Source: Callorhinchus milii
Taxonomy: Eukaryota
NCBI RefSeq assembly: GCF_018977255.1
Contig: NW_024704743.1
Coordinates: 96,536,001 to 96,600,000, forward strand
Direction of reading: 5' to 3'
DNA: 64,000 nt
Both the position numbers and the translations under genes were made by a program. Numbering within the stretch: the first letter of the stretch is position 1; the number at the start of each line of letters is the position of its first letter. Of the stretch, positions 1 through 10,654 are shown piece by piece. The notes under the pieces are model-generated. The model had not been told where the DNA came from and searched no databases. It saw nothing but the letters and a program-made list of their open reading frames with translations.

Positions 1-78
1 ATATTTTTATTCTACAATCCAAAAGACAAAATGTTGCTATTTTCCATGTGAGTATATATTATATTGTATACATTTGGT

Positions 79-271
79 TCTGGAACTCCCTTCCTCACTC
101 CTTTGACCTCGCTCCCTCTCTTCCTACTTTCAGATCTCGGCAAAAGACCTTTCTTTTCGACCGCGCCTTTGCTCACTTTCTTCCCCCTCCCCCTGGCTTG
201 GCCCTGGGATCCGTTATTGTGAAGCGCTCTGAGACTCTGGAGGGCGCTATATAAATCCAAGTTGTTGTTGT
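79..271 (+). mobile_element. L2-clade LINE 3' end
   Basis: WNSLP...KTFLFDRAF C-terminal remnant, AGCGC...GCGCTATATAAAT stem-loop and (TTG)n tail. Confidence 0.8.
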
Positions 272-1838
272 ATTTGTGCTTCCATTCCCAGGAAAGAAAG
301 TCTGGTAATTTTGGAGATTAATTTTGATTTTTGTTCTGTATTTTCATGTGATTGAAGTGATACAGGCACAATGCATGAAATAAACTTGAGGAACAAATTC
401 TTCATACCCTTCTTGTCAATTGATTTTTATGTCCAGTGTATCTCTTTCTGAGTTGAGATCTAGCAAAGAGTGGCAGTGGAGCACAGCTGTTTGATTGTAC
501 TGTCATACTCATGTCACATATTCAGGCGTACTCACTAAATTCTTTTCAGAAACATAGTCATCCTCCAGTAGCCGTTTTGAGTCATAATGTAAAAAAATCC
601 TGATCACCATGACGTGTTTCTGAATCAATGCACAACAGTGTTTGTCTTTGATGTACTCCATAATGTATCAATGAAACATCTGAGACTCATTCAGAATCAC
701 TGTTTTCTTTCAGTTGTTTGGAAAGGATCTTGCAAAGCCTGAAATAAGAATCGGCTATCTCAAACTAGCAGAAGTGAAAATTTCTAGAAGTAATTTGCAG
801 GGATTTGTTATAGCATGCTATCATTTGAGATTTTTTAGGATTCCTTATTAGGAAATACAATTAAGAAACAGCACATATTAGAACCCGTTATTTTTATTTG
901 ATTTCTCCAGCAGCAAAGTGTGAATTGCCTCTGCATGTGGTGCTTAGTTTTCCAGATCCAGGGAAATCTCCATGTGTAGGTGGCGTACTTATGTAGAACT
1001 CTCAGTCTGATTTGGATGCTCTTAATAATAAAAACAATACATTACAAAAGAAATTTACATTTATAGAGCACCTTTCATGTTGGGAGGCTGCCTCACAGCG
1101 TATTAAGCATGGTGATGGGTTTCTGCGTGTTTTGAACACCCCAGCTGACTAAAAAAAAGGCAAGATTGCACTGTAAGGTGCAGTGCATCGTTGTAAAATC
1201 TGCAGGTGAAGGCATCTTCACAGAATAGCCACCAGTTCAGCTTACGAACAAAAGGTGAAAAATATTCTTTATCTCAGCTACGGGCCAAGGAAGATTTTCA
1301 TCAGTTACAAGCGCTGCTCAACTACAGGAAATCAGTCTATTGTTCAGTCTTCAGAAGAAACAAAGAGTCCAATAGAAATCAATTACTAGAACAATCTTTT
1401 TTTAAACAAATGACTGCAGATTTGAAATCTATTTTGGAGCTGCTGTTGTAGTTGATTTCTGCGGTACATGGTGTTGTAATTGTTTACACCATTTTAAACC
1501 GCCCCTTTCCTTACCCCTTTCGATGTCCGTTTCCAAACCTTCCACTTTGCCTGCACCTTCGGTCATCCCATCCTCTCCAAGCTGAGAGTGAGAGGAGGGA
1601 GAATCAGGGATGGGAGCCAAGCCAGTAATGTCAAACACGTTGGGATGTCTTCCTGATGTGAAAGGCGCTATATTATATCACATTGCATAAATCATATCTG
1701 GTGATACATTTTGAATATCAGTAAAACATATATCACTAAAACATATTTATTTGCTGGTCAATCACATTGCCATTTATGAAAAGTCTTACTGGCTTGTAGG
1801 GAGTATGTATACTTTCAATAAAACACAAGTTTATTGTT

Positions 1839-1949
1839 TGACCATTTCCCCCCTGCTCGGGTCATGACCCAACTGTGCAGCGCCTTGGGACGTCCTCCTG
1901 ACGTGAAAGGCGCTTTATGAATGGAATCTTGTTGTTGTTGTTGTTGTTG
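1839..1949 (+). mobile_element. L2 LINE extreme 3' end
   Basis: Nearly identical to 17472-17573; ends in (TTG)n. Confidence 0.8.
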
Positions 1950-3049
1950 CCTGGGTTATGGGTAGACAGTATACACAACGTAGGAGATGAGAGACACCTG
2001 TTTTCAGAGATCAACTGTTGAACAGTAAACCTATTTGTAACATTTCATAACATTTGTTTCATTGCTTTTTTTCTGTAGATGCAGCATATGCAGGTTTAAA
2101 TTTAGATGGGATCTTTCTTTCATTTTTTATAGTGTGTATTTTTTATTTCTGTTAAAGCTAGAATATTTTGTAGTAATCGCAATGTTGTATTTTGTTTTGG
2201 ACAACGTTTACGTGTTAATTGGTGCAGTATTTCAGTTCAATGTGAAAAATAATCTTTCTTTTTCAGTTATAACATCTCATCTGAAAGATAGCACCATCCA
2301 AAAATACAGCATTCTTAGCCTATAGTATGAGATTTGAAGTCAAAATATAGAACTTAGTCCAACAACCTTAGGACTTGGAGGCAACAGTGCTCCCAACTTA
2401 ACCAAATTGATGCATGTAAATGTTGAAGATACAGGAGAGGTTTATTTGTTGGCCCTTTGCATTGATTAAGGAATCTCTGTTTCTACCTACTGCTGTTCCC
2501 TAGGAAAAGTTTTCTTTGAAAATCCTTGTCTACAATGTTTGCTTTTACTGTGAAATGGTACCAAAAGAAATCCAATAATAAAAGTTAATGATTGTACAAT
2601 TTTCCATTAAAACATTATTTTTTAAATATGTGAAATTACACTAATGCAATAAATACTAATTTATGATATAAATTATGAAATGGAAATTAAACTTTTCCTT
2701 ACTATTCATACCCTAATACACCAAAGGAAAAGCAAACATTACATTTGTTGTTAGGGATAATGTAATAATAAGCTAAGTTAATTGCACTGAAATTTAAAAA
2801 AATCAATTAGGAAATAGGCTTATTGAAAAACAACATATATTATAAATGAATGTGGTTTGCTAACTGTATCTAATTTCAATATGACAGTTATGTTAATTGC
2901 AAAATAGAAATTTTGCTAAATTTTGTGTGAACCAGCTTTTTATCTTCAAAGGAAGAACATGCATTATATGGTGCCCGATATCAAACAGACTGAAAGCTAT
3001 TCACAAGTTAGTACAATGTTTCAGTTGGGAGGATGTTTCAAAGCTTGAA

Positions 3050-3940
3050 CAACAACAACAAACCTGCATTTATGTAATCCTCCTCATGCAGGGTAGCTTC
3101 CTAGAACGCTTGACAGTGGCGGAACACTACTCTGAGCTGGTGGGAGGGGGAGGTAACCTTAGGCACAGTCAAATAGGAAGTTCTTTAGGCGCGACATGAA
3201 AATGGGGAAGGAAGGGACAAGGCAGAGGGATAGAGGAAGAGTGTTCCAGAGTTTTAGCACTTAGTGGCTGAAAGCGTGGCCATGAATGGTAGAATGGAGG
3301 GCACGGGAGACATGCAGAAGGCCGGAGTGGAGGCAGCAGGTTGTGGGTTAGGGGGTAAGCAGGTCGGAGTGGTAGGGAGGTGCCAGGGCATGAAGGGACT
3401 CGAAAATTTGTGTGAAGATCTTGAAATCACCTGTTTGGTTATGAGGAGCCAGTGGAGACTGGCAAGAATTGGTGTGATCCAGGTATGGAGTTTAATACTT
3501 GTGAGTATGCGGGCGGTTGAGTTTTGGATCAGTTGGATCCTGTGCATGGTGGAGCTGGGGAGACTGGCAAAGAGGACATTTGAGAAGTCTAGTCGGGAGA
3601 TGACAAACACATGGACGAGTATTTCGGCTGCGTCTGGGGTACGCTACGGTTGGTGGTGGGTAATGTGGTGCAGGTGGAGGAAAGCGGTCCTGGTCAGGGA
3701 CCGGATGTGGGGAAGGAAGAACATCGTCGGACCTGAAGTCACAGTTGGAGAAGAAAAAGTAGATTTATGTGTTTACCTCATGTCTGCGGATGATATCTCT
3801 AAGAGGGAGTGTATAGATGAGGAAGAGGAGGGGGCAAGGATGGAGTCCAGGGATACACCACAGGTGACCAGGTGAAGGCAGGAGGAGAAACCGTTTGAGG
3901 AGATAAAGTGAAGACGGTTCGTTAGGTAGGACTCGAACCA
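3050..3940 (-). mobile_element. Decayed L2 LINE 3' part
   Basis: ORF2 remnants SRLDFSN, QLIQNSTARILT, ITPILASLHWL; (CAA)n tail at the left end. Confidence 0.85.
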
Positions 3941-4460
3941 TAACCCTTCACAGGATTTATTGTAAAGTGTAGTCGTTATGTATATTGAAGGCAAACAATT
4001 TGTACACAGCAATATCTTACAAACAGTCATAAGTAAATAACTAATTTTATCTTAGGGGTTGTTGGCCAGGGGAATCTTTTTAAAATCTTTTTATCAAATA
4101 GTGTTGTGGAATCTTTATTGTCCACCTGAACATGTAGTGAGTGAATTGCTTTTGTGATGTTGCAAATTGCTTACATGATAAGCAACTTCTCATCTAAAAC
4201 ACAATATCTTCAAAAATATAGCACTGTCACTGTCATCCTGTCAGAGTGTCAGCCGACAACCCACATGAAAGGCTCTATACCAAATGCTAGGATTATTATT
4301 ATTATTAACTGTAATCACCACCAGGCAAGAATAATAATCTTGCCCGTCCCATTTCTTTCTCTCATTGTTGTCCTTTTTACTTGAATTTCCTTCCTTTTAC
4401 TTAAATTCCTTTACCATTTGACCTCATCTATATTTGTAATTCCTCCTGATTCGGTTATTA

Positions 4461-4855
4461 CAACAACATCAACTTGCAGTTATATAGTGTCCTTCATGCA
4501 GGTCCCATCTCAGAGTGCTTAACAGTGGCAGAGCTTGACGCCGAGCTGGGGGAAGAAAAGAGATCGAAGAGGAAAGTCTTCAGGCGTGATAATAATAATA
4601 ATAGATATCCTTGCATTTAATATAGTGCCTTATCATGTCTTCGAGATATCTCAAAGACGATATTGTAAAGTGAATTGACGGTATACTTTCTAATCTCAAA
4701 AAGGTCAAGGAGGCAGAAAAGCAGAGGGATTGAAGGAGAAAGTTCAAAGTTTCGGGGTGCATTGGCTGAAGGCATGGTCACCAATTGTGGAACAGAGGGG
4801 ATGAGAGTCACGAAGGAGGCTGGAACCAGTCGAGTGAAGGCGGCAGGTGGTAGAG
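4461..4855 (-). mobile_element. Old L2 3' end interrupted by a SINE tail (about 4589-4685)
   Basis: CAACAAC...TATATAGTG tail, then a TAATAATAA...CCTTGCATTT SINE tail, then L2-like sequence resumes. Confidence 0.6.
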
Positions 4856-5399
4856 TAGAGACCAGAGTTATCTTACTCTGGTCACACTTCCTACCTCCCA
4901 TTAATAGCCATCTAAATGCTACACATATACATGATATTTTGTCTGGCATTATAGAGAAATGTGATCTATGTCACATCCCACATAAACATGAATAAGAAAC
5001 AATTCAAAACGTGAACACAGTGTCAGCCTTGGCCTGGTGTGAAATGTCATTGATGTAACTCATCACCCTTTTCCTTTCATCTGCTAATGTGATCAGCTGA
5101 TTTACTGTCACATTGGAACCAGTATGAAATCATTTGTTTTCAGATATTTACTGAAGCTGAGCTGACTCAATCATTTATTTTTAAATTTAATAGAACTATT
5201 TTTGTCTTATCATTCAGATTCAGACACTACAGACACTATTTCAGACACAGACACTATTTCAACCATTGAAATCATTACTCCCAGTTGTCCTACTTTTTCA
5301 CTATAATTCTAAAAGTTTTACTTTGCTTTGTATTTATCTCCCATGTGAACATTAGGTTGTTTCAAATGTAAAAATTTTAAAGATATTTGAGTTAGGCTC

Positions 5400-5757
5400 G
5401 TTTTCAAATCCCTTCATGCTCTGGCACCTCCCTACCTCTCCGACCTGCTTAACACCAAACTCACAACCCACTGCCTCCACTCGACTGGCTTCAGCCTTCT
5501 GCATGCCACTTGTGCCCTCTTTTCCACCATTGGTGGCTGCACTTTCAGCCACTATGCTCCGAAACTCTGGAGCACTTTTCCTCTATCCTTCCGCTTTGCC
5601 CCTTCCTTCCCCATCTTCAGGTCACGCCTTCTATTCGACTGTATCTATGGTCACCTCCCCCTCCCCCAGGCTTGGCGTTGTGCTCTGCCACTGTCAAGCA
5701 CTCTGGATTGCTGCCCTGGGTGAGCAGCACTATATAAATGTAAGTTGTTGTTGTTGT
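5400..5757 (+). mobile_element. L2 LINE 3' end
   Basis: Similar to the other L2 3' ends; CACTATATAAATGTAAG(TTG)n terminus. Confidence 0.8.
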
Positions 5758-6123
5758 ATCTCTACTCAGTTTGTTTAAATTACTTTTGTGCATTGTGTTA
5801 CTTTTCCTTGTTACAGCTGATATATCCTCAATTGGGTTATTTTGCCATCTGTTTGCTTTTTTGGCTATGTGTCTGTCTCAGTTGTAACAGCTTTCACAGT
5901 TTTGCTGTTGTTCTTTACTGCTTTCTCTTAAATGATGTCAGGTTTAACTTTGCTTGTGTTGAGTGCTTGTCAACTATAATTTACGTATTATTAAATATAC
6001 ATTAATAAGTACCTAATTAATTTCCAAAGACATTAGCAGCCAGGCAACATTTTTGTTCAAAAGAAAATCAGCATTTCATAAGTGTTACTGTCTTAGCAAT
6101 ATATTTCTGTGTAAGCCTCGCTC

Positions 6124-6485
6124 ATAATAATAATCCTTGCATTTGATATAAAGCCTTATCACCTCTTCGCGATGTCTCAAAGGGCTTCACAGAATATACT
6201 GTAAAGTAAATTGACTGTAAAGTAAATAGCAAAATGCGGCAGCCAATTGCACACAGCAATGTCCCAGTCATGGATTGAGTGACCAAATTATTTTTATTTG
6301 GAAGGAATTATTACCCCAGAAAAGCGATTTGCCAATTGACTAACAAATGGGTTCCTACTTACTGCTAGGTAAACAGAGGCGTGTGGAGTAAGGAAACCTG
6401 CCCAACGTATTGCCCTGCCGGGAATTGAACCCAGGTCCTCTTGCTTGTGAGGCGATTGCTCTGATCACTGAGCTACAGGACTCCA
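6124..6485 (-). mobile_element. tRNA-headed SINE, family A (long form), full length
   Basis: Head TGGAGTCCTGTAGCTCAGTG with box A/B-like motifs, an L2-like tail and (ATT)n; homologous to 54945-55298. Confidence 0.85.
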
Positions 6486-6551
6486 GGAATAATGTTTCCT
6501 CGGACACATAGAACTGATGCAAAGAGAATCTCAAAAATAATCGTATTCATC

Positions 6552-6950
6552 ACCAACAACAGCAACTTGGATTTACATAGCTCCCTCGACGCTGGATGGC
6601 GTTCAGAGTGCTTCACAGTAATGGATCCCGGGCCCAAGCCAGGGGGATGGGGAGGGGGAGGAAGGTGACCAAAGGCGCGTTCGAAAAGAAAGGTCTTCAG
6701 CAGAGACCTGAAAATAGGAAGTGAGGGAGCAAGGCGAAGGGAGTGAGGAAGGGAGTTCCAGAGCCTCGGGGCATAGTGGCTGAAGGCACGGCCGCCGAAG
6801 GTGGAGCGGAGGACTCAGGGGACGAGGAGGAGGCCAGACCCGGAGGAATGAAGGCAACGGGCACTGTTTTGAGGAGAGAGGAGGTCAGAGAGGTAGGGGG
6901 GTGCAGAGGAGTGGAGGGATTTGAATACAAGGGTGAGGATCTTGAAGTCG
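6552..6950 (-). mobile_element. L2 LINE 3' end
   Basis: FKILTLVFKSLHSSAPPYLSDLL remnant and (CAA)n tail. Confidence 0.85.
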
Positions 6951-8308
6951 AGAATCAAGTTCCTTATATTTTCTAATGCAACAGAAAAGTTTTCTGACTT
7001 TGGATTATCCATTGTATTTTAATACCATAGTTCAACATAATGTCTGAGAAAGCATTAGTTAAAAGCGATAGAGTTCAACTTTAGATTTACATGTTTTAAA
7101 TGATATTCGTAAATGGGAATTGTGGCTTTTACTGGGTATAATCATTAAAAAGAAGCTTAACTAAGTTCAACATGGGTTTCCGACTTGCTGGTGTGAAATG
7201 CCATTAATGTTTCATCAAGCTTCTTCCTACTTACATGCTGCCTGAAATAAGAGGAAATCACTCTTTAATGTTCACATCACATGTTATTGGCGTTCTTCAC
7301 AGCAAACCGAAACCGCGTTGACAGTTGTACAAATAAAGGCAATAAAGGAGAATTAATTATTATTATTGCTGCAAACATTAGCAACAGAACAAGCAAGCGA
7401 GTTCCCCTGAGGCGGGGAGGACGCTGTCCATGGTCCTGAGTCAGTCCAAGAAGACACTGACTTGTCATGATGGGTTAACTGTTTTCGTAATGTTGGGGAC
7501 TAATGTTAGTAAGTCACACACCTTGCGGTGTCCTTGTTCAGCAAATAGCCAACACATACAGCTTACATGTGACGAACTTTAATGTCGTTTCCAAAATCGA
7601 ATATTCCCATTGTAGGAAAGAGACACATTTGTCATTACATTCAGCTTAAAAATAATGAGTCAACTGACTGGTGAAACATGTTGAACGAGCATGCACAGTG
7701 GGGATAAGACATTGGCTTATTTACTTACTTTAATTCCTTTACTATTTCAACTCATGGAAGAACACATGTATCTGCAATTCTTGCTTTCTCAAATAACATG
7801 GTCTTTTGTCAGAGATGGGACCATGCAAAGTCCATACAAAGCATGGAATTGAATATTTAGCTTCAAGCATCAAGACAGCGCAAACTAGCAAACATGCTTG
7901 CAACATGCCTCCTTTTTTTTTGCACACAGGAAAACTTTCCTCACAAGTTAATAATGCGATCATTTAATCCTTAAGCTTTGCTCCAACAGACTGAAGACTG
8001 TGTGTCCATCAGCAATGTTAGTTCCTTTTGCAGTTGTAGTGATCTCAACTGGTTAGGAATATAACACGCTTCCGAGTGGCTCAATTGTCTGGTTCATGTT
8101 TCATTATAATAACAAGAAATTAACACGTCGGGCTTACTTCTCTGGATGTTTATCTTAACGCTGATGTCAAAATAAGATTTTTTTTTTTAAAAATGAATGC
8201 GGTACAAAGAAAACATTATTTAAAAAGCCTAACCTCAAATCAGACTTATTCTGAAAACGCCAATGCGGGAGAATGTGACTTTTGTTGAATAATAAATAGA
8301 TTAAGGGG

Positions 8309-8362
8309 TCTCTGTCTGTCTGTCGGTCTGTCTGTGTGTGTGTGTCTGTCGGTCTGTCTGTG
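8309..8362. repeat. Compound (TGTC)n/(TG)n microsatellite just past the GPCR stop codon
   Basis: Directly visible. Confidence 0.9.
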
Positions 8363-8376
8363 GGCGCTGGGCTGGA

Positions 8377-9387
8377 CTACCTGTCGGTGGAGATGGCTGA
8401 TTTGGAGATAGAGAATAGCTCCAGAGCCCGTTGTCTGAACTTCTGATCTCTAACGCTGTAAATAATCACATTCCAACAACTGTTGGAAGTCAGGATCCAG
8501 AAGGCAATGAAGGAGAATTCACACCATTGATAGCCGAGGACGTTCCCCACCACATACACGGCGATTGGGGTGAAGGAAGCGGTGAAGGCGAGGGTTAGCG
8601 CCCCGATAGTCTTTCCAGCTTTGATATCCGAAAAGGACGGGCGGGATAACCTGCAGCTGTGATTGCTTTTGGCGAGTACCCTCCTTTGTTTGGAATATTG
8701 CCGAATGCTACTCAAAGACAAGATGTTGATGACTACCGTCGCTCCCAGGAGAGTGAAATCGAAAGCCGGGAAAAGTAGTAAGATCTTCCAGCCGCTCTGG
8801 GGGAAGCTGCCGGCCAGGAGGGAGAAGTTGCACATTCGGCTGCATGTGTTGTACTCCAACACGATCTCCTCGCTGAACATCAGAGGAGACACTGCGAGGA
8901 AGAAGCTGGCAATCCAGGAGACGCCGATCAGGGACACCGTCCTCTTCCTGGTGATCACGGCCTCCTTGTGCAGAGGTTTCAGGATGGCGATGCTTCTCTC
9001 TATAGTTAACAAGAATATGGTGCTGATGGAGACCAGGGTGCAGCCGGCGAACACCGTCCCGATCACCGTGCAAGGCTGGAAATCGTCGCCGAATAAGGTG
9101 CCCAGCGCGCATTCTGTGGGCGCTCCCTTCAGCATCAGGAACACCTCGGAGTACACGGAAAAGGGCACAACCACAACGCCAACAGCGAGGTCAGCCACGG
9201 CCAGAGAAGCCTTCAGATAGCCATGCGGGGTGCGGAACTGCTTGGTCCCCAAGAACACAACCAGAGACACCGAGTTACCGAACAGCACGGCGATGGTCAG
9301 TAAGATCATGAAGATGACCGTCAGGATCCTGTTGACTGGGGTGCAGCAGCAGATGCTGCAGGTGCTGTGGTCTGGTGGCCCCACCAT
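8377..9387 (-). CDS. Orphan rhodopsin-like (class A) GPCR, uninterrupted 7TM ORF of 336 aa; the true N-terminus may extend upstream
   Basis: Seven hydrophobic segments with class A landmarks: TM1 GN, TM2 SLAVAD, C3.25 exactly 25 residues before the R of an ERS motif, TM4 W, TM6 FTASFTP, TM7 NSCWNVIIY and helix 8 DQKFRQ. The ORF is GC/CpG-rich against an AT-rich background. ATG context is GAAGGCATGG. Confidence 0.92.
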   Translation of the reverse strand: MVGPPDHSTCSICCCTPVNRILTVIFMILLTIAVLFGNSVSLVVFLGTKQFRTPHGYLKASLAVADLAVGVVVVPFSVYSEVFLMLKGAPTECALGTLFGDDFQPCTVIGTVFAGCTLVSISTIFLLTIERSIAILKPLHKEAVITRKRTVSLIGVSWIASFFLAVSPLMFSEEIVLEYNTCSRMCNFSLLAGSFPQSGWKILLLFPAFDFTLLGATVVINILSLSSIRQYSKQRRVLAKSNHSCRLSRPSFSDIKAGKTIGALTLAFTASFTPIAVYVVGNVLGYQWCEFSFIAFWILTSNSCWNVIIYSVRDQKFRQRALELFSISKSAISTDR

Positions 9388-9682
9388 GCCTTCTCCTCGC
9401 CGGGAGTCCGCTCTCCAAACTTATGGCATCCCACGCGTGGTGGGGAACCACAACCAGTGGGCGCTGAGCTGTGGGCTGAGGGGGGGGGGTCTGAAGGATC
9501 AGCAGAGGCTCTGTGAGCTGCTTCGAGCAACAGCCCTTCTCCTCACCAACCAACCCATCCCCATAGTAGACACGAGTGGGTTCTGCAAGAGATGATCGGG
9601 TGTAAATAATGTTTGTGAAATTGGCTGAGGTTTCACTTTGGTTCCCCGAATCTGTCAACATTTTTTCCAATACCCAAACCAT
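9388..9682 (-). other. Candidate N-terminal extension of the GPCR, out of frame by 1 nt (part of ORF 9275-9757)
   Basis: ATG at 9682 in strong Kozak context (GCCGCTATGG). Encodes MVWVLEKMLTDSGNQSETSANFT... with two N-glycosylation sequons. Lies 295 nt (3n+1) upstream of the 7TM ATG. Confidence 0.45.
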
Positions 9683-10644
9683 AGCGGCTGCTCCACCTGC
9701 ACGGTCCCCGGGGGTCATTAGGTTGTACTGTATCATTAGATTTTCCTCCCAATCCACTTTGCAAGACAGTCAAATAAGATTCCAGTGTTTACAGCGCTGA
9801 GCGCATGGATTAAAAAAAATACATAAACAAGTCTGCTCAGGACACCCAGTTACACACAGTGAAGCACAAGTTCTCACCAGGGAACATTTTCGAGCCAGGG
9901 ATCACTTGAAGCACAACCGAGGGAATCCCACATACTATCTCGGGGTCCAAAACGCTAAGACATTTGGAGTCGGGGACAGTTTGCACGTTTTACAAACACG
10001 AGAGAATCCAAAAGGTGAGGGAGCAGTGCTCCCACTCTGAACACCGAGTGAGATTATTATTATTATTATTGAGCACATTAGATTTAACACATGCTGATGC
10101 AGAATAAAGCCGACTTCTACACACAAAAAAATGGGAAGTCCACGATTTACTGCACCACTCACTGTAAGACTTATTTTTTTTGTCCTCAAATCAGATTATA
10201 TTGATGGCTCCACCGAGCAAAATTAGCGAAGGTTAATTTCAGCGAACACCTTCACAACGAACTGAAAGGGATCCCTCGCCTCGTTGGGTCTGAGCTATGT
10301 CCTGATCCGAGGGGATGGCTCGGTTTGCCTCTGGAAGACCAATGTGTTAACCCAGAGCACCAGCGAGTCTCAGCACCCAACTCTGCAGCTCGTATTGGAA
10401 TAAAATAACTTATTTCATTTCCACCCACGCCTATCCCCCACATCATAACAACTCCATCCGTATATGTGATCCAGTGATTGATTAGATTACACCATCTCCT
10501 TCCGATCTACTTATCAGCAAAAAAACAAATAAGACTCCAGTTTTTTCTTTACTGTGCTGAACGCATGGATGAAAATGAATTAAGACTGTCTTAGTTTTAA
10601 GATCAGATAACGGTTCTTTAAAGTACACGTAGAACATCGTGTAT

Positions 10645-10654
10645 ATCTTACCTG
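10645..10654 (-). promoter_or_regulatory. Candidate splice donor (CAG|GTAAGA) of an upstream, probably non-coding GPCR exon ending at 10652
   Basis: Near-consensus donor at the edge of a repeat-free, moderately GC-rich block (about 10650-11060). No transcript evidence. Confidence 0.3.

Noticed and set aside
700..1451. Possible exons (acceptor-like TTTTCTTTCAG near 713; 81-aa ORF at 1206) of an upstream gene such as NDUFAF6
   Set aside because: The translations do not resemble NDUFAF6 or any protein I recognise, and splice support is weak.
8663..9595. Plus-strand ORFs of 185 and 121 aa and a shifted-frame 134-aa ORF over the GPCR
   Set aside because: Shadow ORFs from the GC-rich codon usage of the GPCR; no recognisable domains.
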